A program made the position numbers and the translations under genes. DNA of 63,283 bases, counting the filler, from Octopus bimaculoides (lineage: Eukaryota): assembly GCF_001194135.2 (NCBI RefSeq). It is 6 parts of 5 records of this genome, joined end to end, with 100 filler letters (N's around TTAATTAATTAA, not from the genome) between each part and the next. Parts side by side here need not be neighbours in the genome. Positions count along the whole stretch, not along the records: positions 52,187 to 61,334 come from NC_068987.1; positions 61,435 to 63,283 come from NC_068989.1; 4 more parts are not named here. One strand, given 5' to 3'. This document shows positions 53,070-63,283 of this stretch, piece by piece. Numbering within the stretch: the first letter of the stretch is position 1; every line of letters begins with the position of its first letter. The notes beneath the pieces are model-generated. The model worked only from the letters and a program-made list of their open reading frames with translations. It was not told where the DNA came from and searched no databases.

Positions 53070-53690
53070 TGTATTTGCGGACTTTAGGTTAGTTAAAATA
53101 TGTTTGTCACATATTTCAACTTCTAAAGGCAAATTCACTGCAGTTAATGTTCGAAAAAAAATTCTCTCTTATAGAAAAAATGTGTAAAAACACCACATCT
53201 GTCCAGTGCTGCACCCTTTCCGATTCCCAGACGCTGCGCTTCTAGCTTTTTAGCTGTTGTCAATGGAAAATATCGAAGAGAGGTAACTCTGGACACCTTT
53301 AAAGTCGACGCTTTCACTAAAACCACTCAACAACATTGACTGATTTGCGCTATTAGATCGACAAGTCGGAAGAAATTCGTCGGTGTCAGCGCCAAGCAGT
53401 GAATAGATATAAGCGAACTTTAGATTATTCAAAATACATTTGTGACATATTTCAATTTCTCAAGGCAAATTCACTGCAGTTACTGTGGAAAAAAATCTCT
53501 CTTTTATGATAAAACGGTGTAAAAGCACCATATCTGTCCAGTGCTAGAGTTTTTTCACCACGGTAACTGCAGTGAATTTGCATTTCGAAGTTGAAATAAG
53601 TCGCAAACATATTTAAACTAACCTAAAGTTCGCTTATGCCCAAACACTGCTAGAAACGCAGCGTCTGAGAATCCGAAAGGAAGCAGCACT
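53070..53690. repeat. Modular direct and inverted repeat structure (probable non-autonomous DNA element)
   Basis: Module of about 135 bp at 53075-53210 repeated at 53415-53548 and partly inverted at 53550-53630. 53216-53247 is inverted at about 53649-53680. Confidence 0.7.
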
Positions 53691-54878
53691 ACACGGGCAT
53701 GATGGCCAATAAATTCAAGAGAAGGTATACGCAGCATATGCATTTGCTTAGATGCAGAGATAGAGAGAATTTCATTGCTCTGTTTCGTTTCCTCTGGAGA
53801 CATCGTGACCTCCAAAATGATACCCTAACATCGATTGGATGGTCATTGACATGAATTTACCATACTTACACGGCGTCCGCAATTTCTAGCTCTGTCTCCG
53901 CGAAAGACTGCATATTTTTCACCAGCCTGCAGTATCTATTTACAGGAAACACGAAATATTTTATTGCTGCTGACAACCTATATACACCACCTTAACAATG
54001 GCTGCATTTCAACCCTGACTGTTTCACACCTAAAGGCAGGGTTCCTAACCGGCAATGAATAAGTAGACCATAGGCTTACATTCCAGCCTTATGCATCCTC
54101 CTTAACCACATACGTTCGGTTCCATACACGTGGATGCGTGCGCACATACACACATATACATTTATGCACGTATGATTTTCCTGTCTTTCTTGTTCGCACA
54201 CATAAACATCAAAAGCAAATATATATATGCACACACTAGATAAAAACACAACCAGGTATACGTTTTTCCTGACAAACCCGTACACATTCATACATGCGCA
54301 TACAGATACTCCAAACTACATACGTTCATCAAACACCCACACGCTCACACACCCATCCATGCATCCTAAACACGTACAGGTACACACGCTCATGCAGCAG
54401 GCACTAACGCGCGCACGCACACACACACACACATATTTATAAACATATAACTGACAGACATGCAAGTGATACTCATACTTGACACCATACACCAGCATAT
54501 CCACGCATGTGAGGACTCACACATGGTTGATGCGTATTGACACCCATACGTACACAATCCCTAGCAAGCACACACACCTGCACCAAGAAACTGATGCCAT
54601 AAGCTTTCAACCAGACGCTAGCTTAAAAACACGCTTAACAGATACACATGAATAGGTATCAGACACCCACATCTACNNNNNNNNNNNNNNNNNNNNNNNN
54701 NNNNNNNNNNNNNNNNNNNNNNNNNNNNNNNNNNNNNNNNNNNNNNNNNNNNNNNNNNNNNNNNNNNNNNNNNNNNNNNNNNNNNNNNNNNNNNNNNNNN
54801 NNNNNNNNNNNNNNNNNNNNNNNNNNNNNNNNNNNNNNNNNNNNNNNNNNNNNNNNNNNNNNNNNNNNNNNNNNNNNN

Positions 54879-54933
<55 letters not shown>

Positions 54934-56090
54934 CTTTGTTGACCATTTATCTGATGATCCACAAGTCCCTTCAAAGATCGGCCAGGCAGTTAGGCACCAC
55001 CAGGTTTCTGTCCATCCACGCAGTCCAAAAACTTCTTGTTAATGCATTTGGTGTCGCTGGAATATCACTCTCAATTCAAATAACACTTTTCTTGACCAAT
55101 AGCTGCCCAGTTGCTGGTAATTATCTTCATGCATCTCTCCATTCGATTAACTGAGCTCGACAAGTGAGGTTTCTGTAAGAAGCCTACGAAACTTGAAGTT
55201 GCACAGGGCCGAATGAAACTGTCTTAAATAATAATGTTTGGTGGTGGTGAGGATTTAACTGTTTCGAGATGAAAAAAACAAAACAGCACAATGAAGTCTT
55301 TAATTTCTTTTTATTAATCTCTTTATACACATCTATCAATATCAGTGAGAGTGAGAGAGAGAGAGAGAGAAAGGAAGGGAGGAAGGAAGGATGAGGGACT
55401 GTTTGTGCTTTATGTGCATGTGAATATGACTGTGATGCATACGAAAGATTACATTTTTGAGCAACTGCATATCACATGTGCAATGAAGGTCACAGACGAG
55501 AGACATAATAGTCATTTACGGTTACATCTTGCGAGTTTAAGGGCTTCACTGTCTCAGTTCATTTGACATAAAATACGTTTTTAAATATTAGGATACGTTT
55601 TTGGAAGTTACTTGACCTGAAGAGTGTCCTCATTATGAATGGTATTTATCTTGATCGATTCACTGTAGACTGATCAGATTTTTCCACTTTTATGTGGCCA
55701 TGAAATGCGCGTAGTCTTTCATTCACTTTCGTTATTATAAACTTACTAATCTGATTTAAATTTTTTGTCCAATATTTCATAGATTTTTGTATTACAAATT
55801 TTCTCTTTGATTTTTTAGATTTTCAGACTAGTATTCTGTATAGTACGCTTTTCTTGATGGTGTCTGATCTCCTTCATCGTATGAGTTGCACCATGGTGGT
55901 TCTTCTCTAAATTATTAGTATATATATGTATATATGCCTGTTATGTATGTATGTATGTATGTATGTATGTATGTATGTATGTATGTATGTATGTAGAAAG
56001 TTAATTGGCTGATGTGAAATCTACTAATGAAAAGTAAAAAGAAGACAAAAACAAAAGCTCCTTGAAATAGATATGAGTTTGGTGGAAAAT

Positions 56091-56096
56091 TTTATT
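56091..56096 (-). terminator. Candidate polyadenylation signal (AATAAA) of the MMACHC homolog
   Basis: AATAAA on the minus strand about 220 nt after the stop. The region is AT-rich, so it could be a chance match. Confidence 0.3.
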
Positions 56097-56315
56097 TGTA
56101 AAGCAGAATCTGGGAAATTGTGATAATCTATGTTAGTGAATAGCATGTATAATAAGTTTATGCAGATGCGATAAATATAGCTATCGTGAGTTAGCGGTGA
56201 AGTTTTAAGTTTTAATCAGGACATCTGGTCGGACAAAATAGATATCTTTTCAGAACGCATTCATATTTCTCCTACGATGTGTTCCACCTGAAATTTTTTG
56301 AACGTTTCCTTTTGA

Positions 56316-56684
56316 TTAAGACTTTATGTAGCGAAGGAAAAATTTCTTAAAAAGCTTTACTATCAATTTGAAGATTTTCCACCGATAACATCTTTTGCTG
56401 ATATCTTTCAGTAATTTATCTCGTTTTTCACCGTAAGAGGAAAAGTACTTTTTGGCTTCAGGGGTATATTTCTTCTCCACAGGAATGATATCGGCAAATT
56501 TCCAACTCGACCAGTCGTTATTCACTTCATTTAACAACTGTATCCTCTTCTCAGTGGTCGGAACGACATCCGGAGGCGTCAGACAAGAGAAGTTGCTGGG
56601 TACCGTGAGATTCTTAAACACGATAACACCTGGGATTCTAACCCAGCCTCCATATCGTGGATGAATGGCGAAACCATAAATTGT
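56316..56684 (-). CDS. MMACHC: MMACHC/CblC homolog, terminal coding exon (122 aa + stop)
   Basis: TIYGFAIHPRYGGWVRIPGVIV...PPDVVPTTEKRIQLLNEVNNDWSSWKFADIIPVEKKYTPEAKKYFSS vs human [21 protein letters not shown]...[47 protein letters not shown]. Acceptor tttcAG at 56685-56686. Confidence 0.95.
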   Translation of the reverse strand, partial: TIYGFAIHPRYGGWVRIPGVIVFKNLTVPSNFSCLTPPDVVPTTEKRIQLLNEVNNDWSSWKFADIIPVEKKYTPEAKKYFSSYGEKRDKLLKDISKRCYRWKIFKLIVKLFKKFFLRYIKS

Positions 56685-56931
56685 CTGAAATACATAGAGC
56701 AAGTAAAAAGAAAAAGAAAAAAACTTATGAATCATTTCTTGTAAAAATATATGGTTATAAAAACGATAGAAATTACCTTCATTCAAAAGTGTTGAATGGA
56801 GATAGATTTTTCGATCACATTGTTTACATAGACCTATTTGTATACTAAACGTCGTAACTCAGTGTTGGTAGCTCTAATTTCTATAGAAAAGTTTTAGTCT
56901 ATTACTTCATATATATAATTATATATATATA

Positions 56932-57173
56932 CAGGGTGGCCCAAAAGTAGGTTTACCGTTGTTCAACTATCTCTTTCGCATTCATATATTAACAGCTTAG
57001 ATCTTAATTGTAAAAAAAAAAAAAACATGAAACCATTATTCTATGCTGATTTAATTAATTTTGTCAAGCTCCCTTTTCAGTTTGTAAGATAAAAATTTAA
57101 ATGTAATAAAATGTTTTAAAAGAAGTTTAAAGTGCCTACACGATAACTGCAAATCTACCTTTGGGCCACTCTG
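56932..57173. mobile_element. Tc1/mariner-type MITE (242 bp) in the last MMACHC intron
   Basis: TA|CAGGGTGGCCCAAAAGTAGGTTT ... AAATCTACCTTTGGGCCACTCTG|TA: imperfect TIRs and TA target site. Confidence 0.75.
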
Positions 57174-58510
57174 TACATGTGTGTGTGTGTGTGTGCTTGT
57201 GTGTGTTTGTGTTTGTGNNNNNNNNNNNNNNNNNNNNNNNNNNNNNNNNNNNNNNNNNNNNNNNNNNNNNNNNNNNNNNNNNNNNNNNNNNNNNNNNNNN
57301 NNNNNNNNNNNNNNNNNNNNNNNNNNNNNNNNNNNNNNNNNNNNNNNNNNNNNNNNNNNNNNNNNNNNNNNNNNNNNNNNNNNNNNNNNNNNNNNNNNNN
57401 NNNNNNNNNNNNNNNNNNNNNNNNNNNNNNNNNNNNNNNNNNNNNNNNNNNNNNNNNNNNNNNNNNNNNNNNNNNNNNNNNNNNNNNNNNNNNNNNNNNN
57501 NNNNNNNNNNNNNNNNNNNNNNNNNNNNNNNNNNNNNNNNNNNNNNNNNNNNNNNNNNNNNNNNNNNNNNNNNNNNNNNNNNNNNNNNNNNNNNNNNNNN
57601 NNNNNNNNNNNNNNNNNNNNNNNNNNNNNNNNNNNNNNNNNNNNNNNNNNNNNNNNNNNNNNNNNNNNNNNNNNNNNNNNNNNNNNNNNNNNNNNNNNNN
57701 NNNNNNNNNNNNNNNNNNNNNNNNNNNNNNNNNNNNNNNNNNNNNNNNNNNNNNNNNNNNNNNNNNNNNNNNNNNNNNNNNNNNNNNNNNNNNNNNNNNN
57801 NNNNNNNNNNNNNNNNNNNNNNNNNNNNNNNNNNNNNNNNNNNNNNNNNNNNNNNNNNNNNNNNNNNNNNNNNNNNNNNNNNNNNNNNNNNNNNNNNNNN
57901 NNNNNNNNNNNNNNNNNNNNNNNNNNNNNNNNNNNNNNNNNNNNNNNNNNNNNNNNNNNNNNNNNNNNNNNNNNNNNNNNNNNNNNNNNNNNNNNNNNNN
58001 NNNNNNNNNNNNNNNNNNNNNNNNNNNNNNNNNNNNNNNNNNNNNNNNNNNNNNNNNNNNNNNNNNNNNNNNNNNNNNNNNNNNNNNNNNNNNNNNNNNN
58101 NNNNNNNNNNNNNNNNNNNNNNNNNNNNNNNNNNNNNNNNNNNNNNNNNNNNNNNNNNNNNNNNNNNNNNNNNNNNNNNNNNNNNNATATGTGCATATAT
58201 ATACACAGACATGTACATGCCTATACATATATGTATATATACATGCATATATGAGTACAGGACGTCAAAAAAAAAAAACGTTAACAAAATGAGAAACGCG
58301 AACATAAAAAACAAAAGCATGGAAAACGAACTTTTTTTCGAACAACGAAAGAAACAAACCGGGAAACGCGACAGGCAACATAAAGAACATTCCCTTCATC
58401 AGGTGTCCCCTGTTTTATCTACTCCGCGTTTCGGAGATAGGGGAAGGGACTGTTCCAGTGACCGTAAGAAGTAAAAGATAACAAACAAAAACAACCTTAA
58501 ATGAAATAAC

Positions 58511-58825
58511 GGTACTACTAAAGCAGCACGGTCCCGAACGCGCAGTCGCGCGTCCGGGCTAGCTAGTCGTGAGTGGTCGATCCTAACCCTAACCCTATTC
58601 CTAACCCTAACCCTAACCCTAAACACGTATTCATTTGCACACGCGGGTTAGGGATAGGGTTAGGGTTAGGGTTAGGGATAGGGTTAGGGTTAGGGTTAGG
58701 GTTAGGGACAGGGTTAGGGTTAGGGTTAGGGTTAGGGTTAGGGTTAGGGTTAGGATCGACCACTCAAGACTAGCTAGCGCGGACGCGTGACTGCGCGTTC
58801 GGGACCGTGCTGCTTTAGTAGTACC
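58511..58825. mobile_element. 315-bp MITE with inverted telomeric arrays, 9-bp TSD (Merlin- or Mutator-like)
   Basis: About 73-bp TIRs starting GGTACTACTAAAGCAGC (3 mismatches). Internal (CCCTAA)~7, short spacer, (TTAGGG)~18. TGAAATAAC duplicated at 58502-58510 and 58826-58834. Confidence 0.88.
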
Positions 58826-58984
58826 TGAAATAACATCATTCATTATATTGAACAACATGCCTGCAACAGCCAGCAACATCAACAACGGCAGTAGCAGCAT
58901 CAAGAAGCATTACAATGACGACAACATTAATAAAGCAGACAATAAGAATGTTAAATTATTGAATATTAGGTTAATTTTACTGAC

Positions 58985-59134
58985 CTTATTTGCGGGCCAG
59001 GTATCCGCAGGGACATCTTTGCGCTGATAGTAATATGCGGCCCCCGACACGTGTGCTGCTGTTTGTGATAAAATAACTGGATGTCCGGGACCCAGCATGT
59101 TGTAACTAGACAGGAAATCGGTTTCAGGATATTT
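58985..59134 (-). CDS. MMACHC: MMACHC/CblC homolog, coding exon equivalent to human exon 3 (50 codons)
   Basis: [50 protein letters not shown] vs human ...[31 protein letters not shown]. Acceptor tgtAG, donor GTCAGT, phase 0/0. Confidence 0.95.
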
Positions 59135-59432
59135 CTACATTGAAAGAATTCAGAGGATAAAAGGTTCAAATCATAACGAAGTGAAGAAGGATTTACAAAA
59201 GCGTGTGTAATGTAGAGCAAGGGTCCCTTTGTGACAGAAGCTGATGTAGCAAACCAGCGCACAATAGCCAACAGTGTAACATACATTATTGTAATACGTA
59301 CTCATGAAACAGACAAACGTTTGGTCTAAATTGGGTGTTGCAGACATCGTTGTCACAGATATCTGTGTATAATTCTCATACATTAATGCAACACATTCAT
59401 GTAAAATACGAATTGTTGCACAGCAACCCCTA

Positions 59433-59760
59433 GGAGTAGGAGCACTCCGTCGGTTACGACGACGAAGGTCCCAGCTGATACGATCAATGGAACAGCCTGC
59501 TCGTGAAATTAACGTGCAAGTAGCTGAGCAAGCCACAGATACGTGTACCCATAACGTAGTTCTCTGGGAGATTGAGCGTGACACATCGTGTGACAAGGCT
59601 GGCCCTTTGAAATACAGGTACACCTCATTTTTGCCAGCTGAGTGGACTGGAGCAACGTGAAATAAAGTGTCTTGCTGAAGGACACAACGCGTTGCCGGGA
59701 ATTGAACTCACGACCTTACGATCGTGAGCCGAATGCCCTAACCACTAAGCCACGCGCCTT
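59433..59760 (-). mobile_element. tRNA-headed SINE family C, full length with 14-bp TSD
   Basis: Head GCGTGGCTTAGTGGTTAGG...GAGTTCAATTCCC (A/B boxes). CACAGCAACCCCTA duplicated at 59419-59432 and 59761-59774. Homologous to the 14693-15012 copy. Confidence 0.88.
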
Positions 59761-59983
59761 CACAGCAACCCCTATAGAAAACGCGCGAGTACACACATAC
59801 ACTAACACATAAACACACGCACACATACACACGCGCACGCGCGTATTTTAAATGTGAATGATTTCCTGAAAATACAGGGCACACAAGACAAACTTGTCCG
59901 ACCATTGTATTATCAGAAGCAAGAAACTAATAGTAGCTTGCATTTAAATACTATGTTCATTAGATAACACACGCACACGCACG

Positions 59984-60090
<107 letters not shown>

Positions 60091-60261
60091 CTGTGTGTAT
60101 TCAAGACGATATGAATTTAATTTCATGAAAGAGGTACGCGTAGAAATTGTAATGTTTATGTCTTTCTCGAAGTGCATTAGTTCCGATCGGGAATCTAAAA
60201 CAGCTACAAATGCATTTGAGTGAATATCAACCGCTTAGATATAAAATATTTAATGACTTAC

Positions 60262-60468
60262 ATCGAAGAATTTCTTCAAGTAGTATTTATTACATTCATC
60301 AGTTGGACTCTTCTTGAGGATGTCATCAATGTTTGATTTGCAAATAAAAGGTTTCATGGCTTTCTCAAACACATCTGGTGCTGCCATAACAGTTAAGGCC
60401 AGCGTGTTATCCGTGTAGTTCAGATGAAATTTTTTGTCCATTGTATTAATGCCGTTGTAGCATCTCAC
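60262..60468 (-). CDS. MMACHC: MMACHC/CblC homolog, coding exon equivalent to human exon 2 (69 codons)
   Basis: Translates VRCYNG...KFHLNYTDNTLALTVMAAPDVFEKAMKPFI...SPTDECNKYYLKKFFD, matching human [47 protein letters not shown] (human sequence from recall). Acceptor ttaaccAG, donor GTAAGT, phase 0/0. Confidence 0.88.
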
Positions 60469-60488
60469 CTGGTTAAATAAAATCAAAT

Positions 60489-60522
<34 letters not shown>

Positions 60523-60547
60523 GACACACACACATATATAGATAGAC

Positions 60548-60580
<33 letters not shown>

Positions 60581-60674
60581 CATACATACATACATACATA
60601 AACATACATATGTGTGTATGCGTGTGTAAATGTACACACGTACACACGCACGCACGGACGCATGCACGCACACA

Positions 60675-60717
<43 letters not shown>

Positions 60718-60789
60718 ATATGAATGGAGATAATGGTTCGGTTATGTTACGTACGTTTCCATAGTATGATTATTATATCATAAATAAAA

Positions 60790-60942
60790 AAATAATTTAA
60801 GAGATGAGGAATTATGTACATTATTTACATTATTTACATTATTTACATTCAACGGATTTTTGCTCTCATCTTGTTTGTTGTTAGCACAACGTTTCGGCTG
60901 ATATACCCTCTAGCCATCTTCGAGTATCTTGGGGAAATTTCA
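60790..60942 (-). repeat. Inverted copy of the hammerhead-bearing tail of 61158-61295
   Basis: Reverse complement of GAAATTTCCCCAAGA...CAGCCGAAACGTTGTG...AATGTACATAATTC. Core degenerate (TCGAAGA). Confidence 0.8.
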
Positions 60943-60954
60943 TTCAATATTCCC

Positions 60955-61048
60955 ACGGGCATATGGCGTGGTGGTTAAGAGCGCGGGCTATTAACCCCAA
61001 GATTCTGAGTTCGATCAAGCAGTGACCTGAACAATAACAATAATAATA

Positions 61049-61123
<75 letters not shown>

Positions 61124-61290
61124 TCGAAAAATACCATAGGAATGAGAACCCAGGTTCGAAATTTCCCCAAGACACCTGAAGAAGGCAGGAGGGTATATCA
61201 GCCGAAATGTTGTGTTAACAACAAACAAGATGGGGACAAATATCCGTCGAATGTAAATAATGTAAATAATGTACATAATTCGTCATTTCT
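60955..61290 (+). mobile_element. Composite element: tRNA-like head, (AAT/GAT)n, hammerhead-bearing tail
   Basis: TGGCGTGGTGG (A box), GGCTATTAACC anticodon-like arm, GAGTTCGAT (B box), microsatellite, hammerhead motif, (AATGTAAAT)n tail. Confidence 0.6.
61171..61216 (+). ncRNA. Minimal type I hammerhead ribozyme motif in a tRNA-headed element
   Basis: Stem I GACAC/GTGTT, core CTGAAGA, stem II GGC...GCC, GAAA-TGTT. Confidence 0.55.
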
Positions 61291-61378
61291 TAAATTATTT
61301 TTTTTATTTATTACGCGCCCCGTTTAAAGCCTAGNNNNNNNNNNNNNNNNNNNNNNNNNNNNNNNNNNNNNNNNNNNN

Positions 61379-61390
61379 TTAATTAATTAA
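61379..61390. other. Artificial TTAATTAATTAA linker inside N-runs (also at 9816, 38637, 43611 and 52131)
   Basis: The identical 12-mer, with stops in all six frames, sits inside similar N-runs five times. Confidence 0.9.
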
Positions 61391-61519
61391 NNNNNNNNNN
61401 NNNNNNNNNNNNNNNNNNNNNNNNNNNNNNNNNNGGACTGACTCGCAGAGATAACATAACGAGTTATACAATTTAATTATTACATTTATTGTTCAATTAC
61501 ATACAAAGAACGCACTCAC

Positions 61520-61725
61520 CCAATGTTCGTTATGAATAAACAAAAGTCATGTCCGCCATATATATATCAATGACATTTTACTACGACAGTCCCACAAGAC
61601 AACAACAATGAAACAATGAACTCAGACGAACCACATGACACACGGAACGTCAGACGAATTACATATCTAACAGTCCATATAACAGAAAGTGTTTCGTTAA
61701 GAAAACAAGTGGCGCCCGCCAAATC
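61520..61725 (-). promoter_or_regulatory. Candidate first (non-coding) exon and promoter for the MMACHC homolog
   Basis: Strong donor TGG|GTGAGT at 61520/61519, ATGGCGG at 61553-61559, GC-box-like GGCGCCCGCC near 61711, locally CpG-enriched. Separated from exon 2 by an artificial linker. Confidence 0.25.
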
Positions 61726-61899
61726 AGAAAGATCCAAAAAAATAATAATTAAAAGAATCTGTGAGCGAAACCAAAGAGATCCCTTTGGGCCAATTTTTTT
61801 TTCCAACCCTAATATCCAAACAAACAGGTATAATAATGTTTTTTATTATTATACATGGAAAAGTAATGCTTCAAATCACTCCAAATATTTTTCAATACT

Positions 61900-62345
61900 C
61901 TTGTTTTGGTGAAGAAGTTTTTCAAGTGAATGTCTAAAGTCTTTTTATTGTACAAGATTTTATGTACATGCATTACAGCACAGTGTGTCAGACGATGTTG
62001 CAACATAATTTTGAGCCCAGCTCAATGTTTTGGCAACAAAAATCATCCAGAATAACCTTAGTGTCTCTGAAGTGTAGTCAAGAGAAAATCTTCTTAGACA
62101 TCCTAGTTTTCAGAAACAACAACAATAATTGATTTGTTCCATTCCAGAGCAATTACATATAATATCAATAAATATAGAATCTTCAACTTTTCTTTCTGAT
62201 CTCATGTAGGGTGTTATGAACATATGCCTCTAAGATTTCATTTTGTATGATATCAGATAGGAAATTAACTCATCATTTAGGCTGTTGACTTCTGCACCAC
62301 ATTCTTTGGCAAGTTCTATGAGATTTACAAAGTTTCCTGTGACAC
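61900..62345 (-). mobile_element. Decayed hAT transposase (DUF4371/ZMYM1-like) fragment
   Basis: Frameshifted TGNFVNLIELAKE, SDIIQNEILEAY, CNCSGMEQI and THCAVMH, matching GNF-LL, S-IQNE-I, D-S--EQ and CxxH motifs. Confidence 0.55.
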
Positions 62346-62957
62346 ATGTTAACTTTCTCTTCAAAGATGGAACTGGAAACTTTTATCTTTTACTAAGGAT
62401 ATTCCTTGATCTTTCAACAATGGAACTGCGAATTGCTGTTATCTTTTACTAAGGATTTCCTTAATTCTCTGATCATGAAAGCACTAACCACTATTATTTT
62501 TCACTAAATATGTTCTTTAATTCTTCAATGAACTGGTTACTAATACTCTTTATTAAAGTTATTCCTGAATTCTCTCTCTCCAAAGACGGAATAGTTGGCT
62601 TACATGGAAATCTTTGCACAATGACATATGATCCACATGGTCAGCTATTCTAGAAACAACTGTAAGAAATTTTAGGTATTATTTCTTAATCACTTATTTA
62701 CTATAAGTACTCTGCAATTATGTCTGGATTCTAAATTACATGCTCTAAAGGGATACCACATATTTTACTTGTTCACCTCACTTTCTAATATATATCAACC
62801 AGCTCAATGATGAACCACTTATAGCCATCTTTGATAGGCTGCTACAACACCTTCATTTCAGATGCTGTTCATGCTGGAATTTTAGTGGTAAACCAACCTG
62901 AGACTTATAGTGCATTAGATACAGGTTTTTTGCAAAATATATATACGTCTACAGTGT

Positions 62958-63283
62958 AGGAGAGAGAATAGTGATGTCGTAGGAGAGAAATGTGTTCGCA
63001 TGGATGATGGTACGCTTGCACTAAATGAGGATGCAAAGAAAGAGGTCTGGAGATGCCACTACGATAGATTGCTTAATAAAGAGAATGAATGGGAGGAAGA
63101 GAGACTGCCGTATGTCGACCCAATAGAGGGACCAGCTATCCGAGTTGATAGTACCAGGGTAGATAAAGCAATTAAGAATATGAAGACCGTGAAAGCCCCC
63201 GGCCCATCAGGAATCACTGCAGAGATGCTCAAAATATCTGGCAGTGTTGGCTATAGCCTAGTCACCCGTATTACGAACCAGGT
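62958..63283 (+). mobile_element. RTE-clade LINE ORF fragment (tether region to start of RT), runs off the window
   Basis: RENSDVVGEKCVRMDDGTLAL...VWRCHYDRLLNKEN...AIKNMKTVKAPGPSGITAEMLK. Open frame with no stops. Confidence 0.85.

Noticed and set aside
56685-56786. N-terminal 34 aa of the 156-aa ORF (MNEGNFY...)
   Set aside because: Intronic read-through upstream of the true acceptor; homology starts at TIYG.
58582-58754. Telomere or chromosome-fusion scar
   Set aside because: The orientation is CCCTAA then TTAGGG (opposite of a fusion), and it is enclosed by TIRs and a TSD, so it is a transposon.
59690-59760. Functional tRNA genes (also 35850-35915, 14693-14765, 60955-61025)
   Set aside because: A and B boxes are present but the acceptor and T stems do not pair, and each continues into a SINE body.

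Overview
Eukaryotic, AT-rich, microsatellite-saturated draft-assembly scaffold with many N gaps and five artificial TTAATTAATTAA linkers. The SINE, LINE and microsatellite landscape suggests an octopus or other coleoid cephalopod (inference). One protein-coding gene is supported: a minus-strand MMACHC/CblC (vitamin B12 processing) homolog with three intact phase-0 exons (60262-60468, 58985-59134, 56316-56684); exon 1 was not found. This copy has lost several hallmark residues of human CblC (PNRRP loop, R161, R206, D104) and has a basic amphipathic C-terminal tail. The rest is mobile DNA: three tRNA-headed SINE families, a (TAA)n-embedded retroposon, fragments of R4/Dong, Tx1, RTE and Penelope-like retroelements, Tc1/mariner and hAT fossils and MITEs, and a Helitron 3' end. 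The most unusual items are a 315-bp MITE carrying inverted telomere-repeat arrays, a tRNA-headed element carrying a hammerhead ribozyme motif, about ten dispersed minimal hammerhead motifs, and a perfect RFX X-box with no identified gene. Almost all ORFs in the supplied track are microsatellite or N-gap artefacts.
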